Below are positions 8,895 through 17,000 of a DNA stretch of 64,000 bases, piece by piece. Below the pieces are notes generated by a model. The model saw only the letters and a list, made by a program, of their open reading frames with translations, did no database searches and was not told the origin of the DNA. The stretch's first letter is position 1; each line of letters begins with the position of its first letter. Source of the DNA: an uncultured Verrucomicrobiae bacterium (lineage in GTDB: Bacteria > Verrucomicrobiota > Verrucomicrobiia > Chthoniobacterales > Chthoniobacteraceae); contig CAVYKI010000004.1 in the NCBI GenBank assembly GCA_963769025.1, forward strand, positions 1 to 64,000. The letters run 5' to 3'. The position numbers and the translations under genes are program-made.

Positions 8895-9895
8895 GGCGCG
8901 TCGGGCAGGGAGCGGAGGTAATCGGCGGCGACCTCGGGCCAGATGCCGTTCACGTGGCAGCCGGTGGCCGCGGGCAGCGCGTCCGGCGGATGCAGCACGG
9001 GCGTGATGGTGATGTGCCAGCGGAAATCTTCGTCGAGCGACGCCCAGTCCTCCGCGGATGCGACGCGCGAAGGGGCGGTGGTGAGCGTGAGGTGGTAGGG
9101 CGGATGGTTGATCGCGCGGTTGAGCCTTCGCAGCGCGAGGCCGAGGGACTGCGCGAGGCTGTCGGACTCCCCGTGCGTGATACGGTGGAAATCCGCGCCG
9201 TTCCGCTTTGGCCAGATGGCCAGTTCGAAGGGCGCTCGCGCCGCGTACGGGCAGAAGGTGAAAAAGTCCCCATTTTCGTGCACCACGCGGCTCGCGTTGC
9301 GGCGCTCGTGCTCGATGATGTCGGCAAACAGCGAGCGCTTCCTGAGCGCGAAGTGGTCCTCCGCGTGGCGGATTTTCCGGCGCAGGGAAGGCGGCACGAT
9401 CGCCATGGCCACGATCTGGCTGAGGCTGTGCGCCACGGTCTGCCCGGCGGCACTGCCGACGCTTTTCAACACGGTGAATGAACGCAGCCGGTGATCCCGC
9501 ATGAGGTCCTCTATCCGCACGGCCCACGCGCGGATGACCTGTGCGATGGCGCCGGCGGGAAGCTCGTCGAGCGTGCGCGAACCGGGATCCTCGATGACGA
9601 TCTCGTTCGCGCCGACCGCGTCGAGGTGCTCGTAGAGGCCGTCCGCCTGCGGCTGGCTGTCGCCTTCCACGCGGAGGACCGGCAGCCGGTTTGGCACCAC
9701 GCGCACCTGCCAGCCGGATTCGCCGGCGGAATGATGCAGCGCATGCGCCGCGAACGTTTCCAACCCCGCCCGGAACGGGCTCTCCGCGAGGACATCGTTG
9801 CGTACCGAACGCGTGGACGGCGGGAACGCGCGGCTTTCGTTAAAGATGGTCCAGTCCCGCGTGAGTGGGTCTAGGCGGAGTTCTGTTTTGTCCAT
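8891..9895 (-). CDS. GalT/ADP-glucose phosphorylase-like HIT-superfamily protein with degenerate active site
   Basis: ELRLDPLTRDW, WQVRVVPNRLPVL, FCPYAARAPFE, WHITITP, GCHVNGIWPEVAADYLR match the GalT family; the HxHxQ motif reads HSLSQ. Confidence 0.85.
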   Translation of the reverse strand: MDKTELRLDPLTRDWTIFNESRAFPPSTRSVRNDVLAESPFRAGLETFAAHALHHSAGESGWQVRVVPNRLPVLRVEGDSQPQADGLYEHLDAVGANEIVIEDPGSRTLDELPAGAIAQVIRAWAVRIEDLMRDHRLRSFTVLKSVGSAAGQTVAHSLSQIVAMAIVPPSLRRKIRHAEDHFALRKRSLFADIIEHERRNASRVVHENGDFFTFCPYAARAPFELAIWPKRNGADFHRITHGESDSLAQSLGLALRRLNRAINHPPYHLTLTTAPSRVASAEDWASLDEDFRWHITITPVLHPPDALPAATGCHVNGIWPEVAADYLRSLPDAP

Positions 9896-10103
9896 GGGCG
9901 GTGCGGGAGGCGACTGCTGTCTGTGGAAGCACACGGTGCGCCGGAGGGGAAGCACAGAGTCGCGGTGCTTCGTGACTGTTGGACGGAGCCGGTGGCGGAT
10001 TTTGCTGTGTGGTCAAAAACGGACAGCTGGGCGCATGGGAAACCGATGCGATTTTGGTGCGAAAAAGAAAAGTTCCCCTCTGTACACGCCCCGCAACCGC
10101 ACG

Positions 10104-10120
10104 TTGGCACAACGGGTGCT
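10104..10120 (+). promoter_or_regulatory. Putative sigma54 promoter with no conventional downstream gene
   Basis: TTGGCACAACGGGTGCT, GG-N10-GC, preceded by an A-rich tract at about 10060-10072. Confidence 0.6.
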
Positions 10121-10130
10121 AAAGGACCGT

Positions 10131-10256
10131 CTGTCCATGCAAGTGGACATCCGAAATCAATCACAGGGAGGCAGCCCGGCCAGTTACAGGGGTTGCTGCA
10201 ACGGTCCGGGGGGAACCGTTGCGGCAGGGTCTGGCCGGGTTGCCGAACTGTGATTC
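10131..10256 (+). ncRNA. Candidate structured small RNA (short 5' hairpin + long interrupted stem-loop)
   Basis: Hairpin 10132-10149; helices 10159-66/10248-55, 10170-83/10231-44 and 10193-205/10215-27 with G-U pairs on the + strand; starts at the position expected for a sigma54 TSS. Confidence 0.45.
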
Positions 10257-10357
10257 GCGAGCGGAGCGACGGGCCTTGAAAGTGGAAGGGAAATGCCCGC
10301 CGGGCGCGACTTTCCCGCGCCCCGCCGTTCAAGCACCGGCACCCGGAGCCGAACGCT

Positions 10358-10624
10358 TCACTCCAGTTCCTTCTCCAACCGTTCGCTGAGCCACTGTTTG
10401 ATCATGCTCTGGTAGTTCAGATAGCGGGAGCGGGCGATGCGCTTCAGGCGCGCGAGCAGGCGCGGGTCAAAGCGGAGCGTGATGGTCGTGCTTTCGCGGT
10501 TGTCGGCGCGGAGGAGCGCCTGGTTCATCAGGCGGACGTCGATGCGCGTGTCCATCCAGAACGCGGCCTCCTCTTCCTCGGACTCGAAGCGGGGGACCTG
10601 GCTCCATGCGGCGATCGATTTCAT
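10358..10624 (-). CDS. BrnA/CopG-family antitoxin (ribbon-helix-helix)
   Basis: PRFESEEEEAAFW N-terminus and TITLRFDPRLLARLKRIARSRYLNYQSMIKQWL RHH C-terminus; directly follows the BrnT-like gene. Confidence 0.85.
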   Translation of the reverse strand: MKSIAAWSQVPRFESEEEEAAFWMDTRIDVRLMNQALLRADNRESTTITLRFDPRLLARLKRIARSRYLNYQSMIKQWLSERLEKELE

Positions 10625-10627
10625 GTG

Positions 10628-10909
10628 TCAGATCAGTTCGGCGGTCTTGCGCTCGAAGAAGGATTGCTCCTCGGGCGTCATCTCTCGGGCGAGGATGCAG
10701 CGGATCTTTTTTCCGTCGCTCCAGAAGAGGGTGAAGATGGGGCGGCCCTCGACGCTCTTGCCCAGGTTGAAGTAGCGGGCGTGGCCCGTGCCGGCGATTT
10801 CCACGTCGGGCATGAGGCGCAGGCTGAAGGGATCCTCAAAGGACTCCTCGATTTCGCGCGGCGTGAGCTTCCTCAGGTCGAAAGGGGAATCCAGCCAGTC
10901 AAATTCCAT
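10628..10909 (-). CDS. BrnT (DUF497)-family toxin-like protein
   Basis: MEFDW start, EIEESFEDP, RYFNLGKS, KIRCILAREMTPEE; 93 aa; toxin-first order typical of BrnTA. Confidence 0.8.
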   Translation of the reverse strand: MEFDWLDSPFDLRKLTPREIEESFEDPFSLRLMPDVEIAGTGHARYFNLGKSVEGRPIFTLFWSDGKKIRCILAREMTPEEQSFFERKTAELI

Positions 10910-10910
10910 C

Positions 10911-11032
10911 GGAGTCGGGAGTGGGAAGTGGGGAGTGAGGAGTATGAATGGAGAGCGCGGCCCTCTTCGTTCCCGCGACGGCTCCGAATCGAGGCTTGCA
11001 CTCCGCGTTCCGCACTCCGCACTCCACACTCA
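10911..11032. repeat. Inverted pair of tandem heptamer arrays (GGAGTGG-like x5 / GCACTCC-like x5)
   Basis: 10911-10945 GGAGTCG GGAGTGG GAAGTGG GGAGTGA GGAGTAT; 10998-11032 GCACTCC GCGTTCC GCACTCC GCACTCC ACACTCA. Confidence 0.8.
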
Positions 11033-11410
11033 TTTCGGACGCTGGATGATCTCCACCTCGTAGCCCTCCGGCGCGTCCACGAAGGCGATGATGCTGCCGG
11101 TGCTCGTCTTGGTCGGTCCGTCGGAAAGCGGGCTGCCCTTCGCGGCTGCGTGGCGCGCGAATGCCTCGAGGTCTTCCACTTCAAAGGCGAGGTGCGTGAG
11201 GTCCGGGCCGACGATGACCGGGCCGCTTTCGGCGAATTCGCAGATCTCGATGAGTTCCTCGCTCTCCGGGGCCTTGAGAAAGACGAGCTTCGAGCCGCGA
11301 GGCGAGACCTTGCGGTCCACTTCCTGGAGACCGATGACGTCCCGGTAAAAGGCGATGGTCTTGTCGAGATCGGTGACGCGGTAACGGGTGTGCAGGAGCT
11401 TGGTGACCAT
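11030..11410 (-). CDS. gloA: Glyoxalase I / VOC family protein (lactoylglutathione lyase-like)
   Basis: LLHTRYRVTDLDKTIAFYRDVIG, HLAFEVEDL, IAFVDAPEGYEVEII; H/E/H/E metal ligands present. Confidence 0.8.
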   Translation of the reverse strand: MVTKLLHTRYRVTDLDKTIAFYRDVIGLQEVDRKVSPRGSKLVFLKAPESEELIEICEFAESGPVIVGPDLTHLAFEVEDLEAFARHAAAKGSPLSDGPTKTSTGSIIAFVDAPEGYEVEIIQRPK

Positions 11411-11503
11411 CTTATGGAAAGGGCTGAAAGTTTGCCCGTTATCGTCGCGGGAGCGCGGTGCGGCAACGCAAATGTGGTCCGTCCCGGTGCCGCAGGCCCG
11501 TCC

Positions 11504-13279
11504 CTATTTTTCGAGCGTGACCTGCACGTCGGCGATTTCGCAAAAACCCGAGTATTGATCGAGTTCGAACTTGAACTCGATGATCGCGAGCGTGGTCACA
11601 TCGAGCGACTTGATGGACTTGTCCCGGAAGCGGACAGGGAAACTCTTCTTCACCGTCTTCCATTGCGCGCTGTTGCTGAATTTCTCCGTCTCGTAGATTT
11701 CCTCGTGGGCTTCGTCCTTCACCGCCTTCATGCCGCGTCCGGCGACGGTGAACTTGGTCGGCGTGTTTTCATTCGCGCCGAGGTAGCCGACGGTCGCCTG
11801 CCCGTCGCGGATGCCGGCGCCCTTCATCGAGAAGCTGAGTGTGTAGTTTCCGCCGACCTTGAGCGGGGTAAGCGTCTGGCGGATGACGAACGAATTTGTG
11901 ACGCGTCCGCCGGCGCTCCAGTTGGCCGTCATCGGATACCACTGGTCCCACCAGTAGCGGAAGAAATCCACCGAGTCCGCGCCGTCCACGATCAGCGGGG
12001 TCATTTTGATGACCTTGTTCGGCGAAGGATAGTAGCCGGACTTGAGAACCTTTCCGCCGGCGGGGCCCGCGGTCTCTTGGACCGAGGTGTAGGCGTAGAG
12101 GTTGCCGCGGGTGGAACCGGCGTCGACGGTCCAGCTCGCAGGAAGGCGGATGTCGTTGCTCCAGAGGTTCACGCCGGGGATGTCGGTGGCTGGGCCGAAT
12201 TTCGACTCGGTCTTGGTGCCGATGTTCAGCGCGATCGCGATGCGGCCATTCGCCTTGCCGATGAGCAGGTCGAAAAGGCCGTCGGCATTGTAGTCGCAAG
12301 CGTGCGGCGCGACGGCGGTGCCGAGTTTTTCCGTGCCGCCGAAGGAAATCGTCTGCACGAGCGGCAACTCGACTCCCGGTTTCCATTTGCCGGGATTCAG
12401 GTAGGCGCCCACCGTGCCGAGGCGATCGCCCACGAGCACGTCGAGTTCGCCGTCGCCGTTGAAGTCCGCCACGGTCGGGACGAGCTGTTCGCGGCCGTCG
12501 CCGTAACAGAGGTAATGGCGGTGCTCGTCGGTGAACTTCGGCGCGGAGCCGCCGGACTGGTTCAGCAGCACGAAGACGGAATTTGCCGAGTAGGAACCCT
12601 CGCCGATGAGCAGATCGGGCCTGCCGTCCTTGTTCCAGTCCACCACGCAGGGCGCGAAAAGATTGCCCCACGGCTTCGCACCGACACTCACCCGCACGCT
12701 CGCGTATTTGTTCGGCTGCGGAAACGCCGGCGCGCTGGAACTGCCGGTGTTTTCCACCATGAAAACGTCACCGGTGTAGTTGCCGATGACGAGGTCCGGC
12801 GTGCCGCGCCGGTTCCAGTCGAAGAGCGTCATCTTCGGGATGCTGTGCGGCCACGTCCAGTAGCCGCTGCGGTCCCAGCGCTCGTCCTTTGCGACCTGCG
12901 GCGGGAAGATGGGCACGACCTCCGCGGTGGTGAACTTCGGCTCCGCCGGCGTGCCGCTGTTGAAATAAACCCGGACGATCCCCGTCGGATCGCAGCTCAC
13001 GATGTCCGGCCGTTTGTCGCCGTTCATGTCGGCGAAATACACGGTCACCGGCATCTGGAGGCTGCCCACTTTCCCGCTCTCGGTGACCGCGTAGGCGGCG
13101 ACCGGATTGCCCGCGAGGAAGTCCTTCGCATCGACGCCGTCCCAGAGATTTTCCTGCGCGGTGAACTTCGCAAAGTCGCCGTTCACGACCGCGTTGCCGC
13201 CCGGCGCGGGGACGGGCGTCTGGGCAAAGGCGGACGCCGCGAGCGCGATGCAGCCTGTGAGGATGGCCCGGTGGTTCAT
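11504..13279 (-). CDS. Secreted FG-GAP/VCBS repeat (beta-propeller) protein
   Basis: Signal peptide from ATG 13279; repeats DMNGDKRPDIV, DWNRRGTPDLV, DWNKDGRPDLL, DFNGDGELDVL, DYNADGLFDLL. Confidence 0.85.
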   Translation of the reverse strand: MNHRAILTGCIALAASAFAQTPVPAPGGNAVVNGDFAKFTAQENLWDGVDAKDFLAGNPVAAYAVTESGKVGSLQMPVTVYFADMNGDKRPDIVSCDPTGIVRVYFNSGTPAEPKFTTAEVVPIFPPQVAKDERWDRSGYWTWPHSIPKMTLFDWNRRGTPDLVIGNYTGDVFMVENTGSSSAPAFPQPNKYASVRVSVGAKPWGNLFAPCVVDWNKDGRPDLLIGEGSYSANSVFVLLNQSGGSAPKFTDEHRHYLCYGDGREQLVPTVADFNGDGELDVLVGDRLGTVGAYLNPGKWKPGVELPLVQTISFGGTEKLGTAVAPHACDYNADGLFDLLIGKANGRIAIALNIGTKTESKFGPATDIPGVNLWSNDIRLPASWTVDAGSTRGNLYAYTSVQETAGPAGGKVLKSGYYPSPNKVIKMTPLIVDGADSVDFFRYWWDQWYPMTANWSAGGRVTNSFVIRQTLTPLKVGGNYTLSFSMKGAGIRDGQATVGYLGANENTPTKFTVAGRGMKAVKDEAHEEIYETEKFSNSAQWKTVKKSFPVRFRDKSIKSLDVTTLAIIEFKFELDQYSGFCEIADVQVTLEK

Positions 13280-13287
13280 GCGGAAGG

Positions 13288-14631
13288 TCAGGGATTCCTC
13301 ATGCTCGTCTGCACGAAGCGCGTGTGCGCCTCCCACCGCGTGAGCAGGTGGATGATGATGTTCGTGCCGAACTTGTAGGTGTCCATCAGCGCCTTCGGCT
13401 CGACGTTGCGGAAGTAAATGTTGCGCCGGTGCCACATCGCTTCGTTGATCGCCACGAAGCGGCGCTTGTCGTCGCGTGACATGTCAAAGTCCCCGTTTTC
13501 ATCGAGCCCGAACTGCCACATGTCGCCGTAGTCGTTGGCCGTGTAGATGATCGCGATCTCATTCGCGAAACCCTTCAGCCCGTAGATCGGCTCCTTGTAG
13601 AAATTCATCCCCGGAACGACGCCCTTGATGTCCGTGTAGTAGGTGTTCGTGTAGATGGGATGGTTCGCCGGCAGCGGTTCCCACTTGTGATTCAGCTCGG
13701 GCAGAATGCGGAGCATTTCGCGCCGGAATGCGATGTCGAAGCGCGAGCGGTTCCCCGGCAGCGAGCTGTCGCCCCAGATGCAGCCGCCCGAGCGCAGATA
13801 CTCGCCGAGGTTCACGACTTCCTGGTCCGTCAGCACGAAATCACGGTGCCCCGTGAACCAGATGAAGGGCGGCTTTTTCTCGAAAATCTCGTTGCTCGCG
13901 AGGTCGAGCGGGATCGGCTGCGGGTCGGCGTGGATCTTTTTGTGCGAGAGCCGGGAGATGATGTAGAGCAGGTTGTGCAGGCTGCCGCCGCGGACGGTCT
14001 CGCCGTCGAGCCACACCGTGGAATCCCAGTCCCCGCCCGCGTATTTTGCGAGATAGGCGGTGAACTCAAACGCGCGGCTTTTCAGCGGCTGCCCCATCAT
14101 CGCCGATCCGCCCTTTGACCAGCGGCCAGAAAACGCCGCGATGCGCGACGCCTGCGCCTTGCTCAGCCCCGAGCCGATGGGCGCGCCCGCCGGGGCGGTG
14201 GCGGGCGTGGTCTGCGTGGTCTTCAGCGAGATGTTCGGCGCTGCGATCGACGCCATGGTGAAGCTGTTCGTGGATGGCGCGGAGGTGGTGATGGTCGCCA
14301 TTTGCGCCGCATTCGTGGACGCCACGGTCGCCGATGCCGCCGCCGTGGAAGACGACGAGGTCGCGGTCTGCGAGAGGTCGGGATTTTGAAGCTCCATGCT
14401 CAGCTCCGGCACCGGGAGCGCGATGTCGTCGGTGATCATCCCGCCTTCCGAGGCCATGAAATCCGGCGGATCGGAGTAACGCTGGTAGAGCACGGTGCCG
14501 CCGAGGGCGAGGACCAGGATCAGGTGCATCACCCCCGAGAGCGCCATGTAGCGCGCCCCATGGGCCCACGCGAGGATGAGCTGCGCGAAGGATCGGCGCT
14601 CGGTTTCGGGGGGATCGGGGTCTGCAGTCAT
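13288..14631 (-). CDS. DUF4159 domain protein with N-terminal TM anchor and Ser/Thr/Ala linker
   Basis: PFIWFTGHRDFVLTDQEVVNLGEYLRSGG, FRREMLRILPE, LPANHPIY, YKFGTNII are typical DUF4159 motifs. Confidence 0.82.
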   Translation of the reverse strand: MTADPDPPETERRSFAQLILAWAHGARYMALSGVMHLILVLALGGTVLYQRYSDPPDFMASEGGMITDDIALPVPELSMELQNPDLSQTATSSSSTAAASATVASTNAAQMATITTSAPSTNSFTMASIAAPNISLKTTQTTPATAPAGAPIGSGLSKAQASRIAAFSGRWSKGGSAMMGQPLKSRAFEFTAYLAKYAGGDWDSTVWLDGETVRGGSLHNLLYIISRLSHKKIHADPQPIPLDLASNEIFEKKPPFIWFTGHRDFVLTDQEVVNLGEYLRSGGCIWGDSSLPGNRSRFDIAFRREMLRILPELNHKWEPLPANHPIYTNTYYTDIKGVVPGMNFYKEPIYGLKGFANEIAIIYTANDYGDMWQFGLDENGDFDMSRDDKRRFVAINEAMWHRRNIYFRNVEPKALMDTYKFGTNIIIHLLTRWEAHTRFVQTSMRNP

Positions 14632-14814
14632 GAACGGGGTGCGTCGCGGGGGGACACTGACGCATTTGTCACACAGACACTACACCGAAGAATGGCCCGG
14701 CTTTGAAAAAAAGAGCGCGCCGGATCTGCGAGGGAAGCCCGCGGGCACGGCGTGCCGGGACAAACTTTGTCATTGAGCCGCGCCGCCCCGCCTGCGGAGG
14801 ATGGCGAAACGTCC

Positions 14815-16314
14815 ATGATAACTCTCGGCATTGATAGCGGCACGCAGAGCACCAAGTGCATCGCCCTTGACCTCGGCACCGGCAAAATCGTCGCCAGCGC
14901 GTCGCAGGCCTACGGCATGGTGCCCGGCCTCCCGCCCGGCCATCTCGAGCAGGAGCCCGAGGTGTGGCTGAAGGCCGTGGACCAGACTGTGCGGTCGTGC
15001 ATCGAGCAGCTCGGGAAGCGGAAGGATGACATCAAGGCCATCGGCGTCAGCGGCCAGCAGCACGGGTTCGTGCCGCTGGACAAAAAGAACAAGGTCATCC
15101 GCCCCGCGAAGCTCTGGTGCGACACGTCCACGACCGAGCAGTGCGCACAGTTCGAGGCCGAGTTCGGCGGTGCGGAGGGGCTCATCAAGCTCGGCGGAAA
15201 TGCCATGCTCCCCGGCTACACCGCGCCGAAGATTCTGTGGCTGAAGCAGCATGAGCCGAAGAATTTCAAGGCACTCAAGACCGTCCTCCTCCCGCACGAT
15301 TACCTGAATTTTTACCTCACCGGCGAGCGCACGATGGAATTCGGCGACGCCAGCGGCACCGGCCTGCTCGACGTGCGCGCGCGGAACTGGTGCAAGCCGC
15401 TCGTCGATTTCGTGGACGAGGGCCTCGAGGAATGCCTGCCGCTGCCGGGCAGCTCGCGACGCGCCATCGGCCTGCTCACCGACAGCCTCCGCGAAGACTG
15501 GGGCCTCGCAAAGAGCCCCGTCGTTTCCGCCGGCGGCGGCGACAACATGATGGGCGCCATCGGCACCGGCAACGTGGAGCCCGGCGTCGTCACCGTGAGC
15601 CTCGGCACGAGCGGGACCGTCTATGCCTACAGCTCCGAGCCGGTCGTGGACCCGGACGGCGAGGTCGCCGCATTTTGCGACAGCACGGACCGCTGGATGC
15701 CGCTCGTCTGCACGATGAATGTGACCGTCGCCACCGAGCAGGCGCGCAAGCTTTTCGGCTGGTCGCACGAGGAGATGGACAGGCACATCGCCGGCGCGCC
15801 CGCCGGAGCCGGCGGCCTGTTTTTCCTCCCGTATCTGAACGGCGAGCGCACCCCGAACCTCCCGCTCGGCAAGGGCGTCCTCTACGGCCTCACGCCCGAG
15901 ACCATGCAGCCCGGCCACATGGCGCGCGCCGTGATGGAAGGCGCCACGCTCGGCCTCGCCTACGGCCTGAACCGCTTCCGCCAGCTCGGCATCGAGCCCG
16001 CGGAAATCCGTCTCACCGGCGGCGGCAGCCAGAGCGCCGCGTGGCGGCAGATCTGCGCGGATGTCTTCGGCGTGCCCACCGTCTGCCTGCAAAGCGCCGA
16101 GGGAGCCGCGCTCGGCGCCGCGCTCCAGGCCGCCTACGCCTTCGCCGCCGCCGAGGGCAAGCCCGTGCGCTTCCGCGACCTCGCGAAAAAGCACGTGAAG
16201 CTCGACGAGTCCACCCGCTGCAAGCCCGACGACGGCAACAAGGAAACCTACGCCCGCCTCCTCGCCAAACAGAGCGACCTCACCAAGCGCCTGCACGCAG
16301 CGGGGTATCTGTAG
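14815..16314 (+). CDS. xylB: Xylulokinase (FGGY family)
   Basis: LGIDSGTQSTK, GVSGQQHG, AKLWCD, TAPKILWLK, GGGDN, SLGTSGT, LPYLNGERTP. Confidence 0.9.
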   Translation: MITLGIDSGTQSTKCIALDLGTGKIVASASQAYGMVPGLPPGHLEQEPEVWLKAVDQTVRSCIEQLGKRKDDIKAIGVSGQQHGFVPLDKKNKVIRPAKLWCDTSTTEQCAQFEAEFGGAEGLIKLGGNAMLPGYTAPKILWLKQHEPKNFKALKTVLLPHDYLNFYLTGERTMEFGDASGTGLLDVRARNWCKPLVDFVDEGLEECLPLPGSSRRAIGLLTDSLREDWGLAKSPVVSAGGGDNMMGAIGTGNVEPGVVTVSLGTSGTVYAYSSEPVVDPDGEVAAFCDSTDRWMPLVCTMNVTVATEQARKLFGWSHEEMDRHIAGAPAGAGGLFFLPYLNGERTPNLPLGKGVLYGLTPETMQPGHMARAVMEGATLGLAYGLNRFRQLGIEPAEIRLTGGGSQSAAWRQICADVFGVPTVCLQSAEGAALGAALQAAYAFAAAEGKPVRFRDLAKKHVKLDESTRCKPDDGNKETYARLLAKQSDLTKRLHAAGYL

Positions 16315-16327
16315 CCAGGTTGTCCAA

Positions 16328-16930
16328 ATGAGTGATTCGCCGCTTCACGAAAGGCTCGACGAAATCGTGCCTCGGCTTGATGAAGTTGTGGCGTTCCGCG
16401 AAACATTGGACGCAGAAACTGACCGAGGTTGTGCGCTTATGTCGGCGGCTTATCTCGATTCTCAGTTAGAGCAGCTTATTCGGGTGAGCATTGTGGATGA
16501 TGAGGATGTAGCTGACGAGTTGCTTTCCCAATCGAAGCCGCTCTCGTCATTTTCGTCGCGCATCGACTTGGCATACTTGCTTGGCCATGTTGGCAAAAAC
16601 GTGCGGCGCGACCTCCATCTGATCCGCAAGATTCGCAATGATTTTGGCCATACTTCCAGCCCGCTCGACTTTGGGCATCCTCCCATCGCCGCGCGATGCC
16701 GGGAGATGTATCATTGCTTTCTCGCTGATGCCGATCCTCCACGTAAGCGTTTCACGAATACAGTGATTTCAATTTTAGCGTTCATTCATGGTCCGATCCG
16801 TTTCAGCAATCGACCTCCTTTGAAGTCAGATGTGCCGATGACTCCGGAGCGTCGCAAACGTGTGCTAGGGTCAGTTGATGCGATTGGAGAAGCAATCGAA
16901 CAACGGAAACGCAAAAGGACAAAAACCTAG
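16328..16930 (+). CDS. MtlR/MltR-like (HEPN-fold) protein
   Basis: ETDRGCALMSAAYLD, PLSSFSSRIDLAYLLG, IRKIRNDFGH; visibly more AT-rich than its neighbours. Confidence 0.75.
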   Translation: MSDSPLHERLDEIVPRLDEVVAFRETLDAETDRGCALMSAAYLDSQLEQLIRVSIVDDEDVADELLSQSKPLSSFSSRIDLAYLLGHVGKNVRRDLHLIRKIRNDFGHTSSPLDFGHPPIAARCREMYHCFLADADPPRKRFTNTVISILAFIHGPIRFSNRPPLKSDVPMTPERRKRVLGSVDAIGEAIEQRKRKRTKT

Positions 16931-17000
16931 TTGGGGTCTGCGGTAAACCGAATGAGCGCCGCATTCACCATCGTGATTTAGAGTTCTTATCTACCTTGAC

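Noticed and set aside
10159..10255. Long hairpin as SRP RNA, 6S RNA, retron msr-msd or an intrinsic terminator
   Set aside because: No SRP GNRA/CAGG-AGCA motif, too short and without a 6S-type central bubble, no reverse transcriptase nearby, and no U-tract; kept as an unknown RNA candidate.
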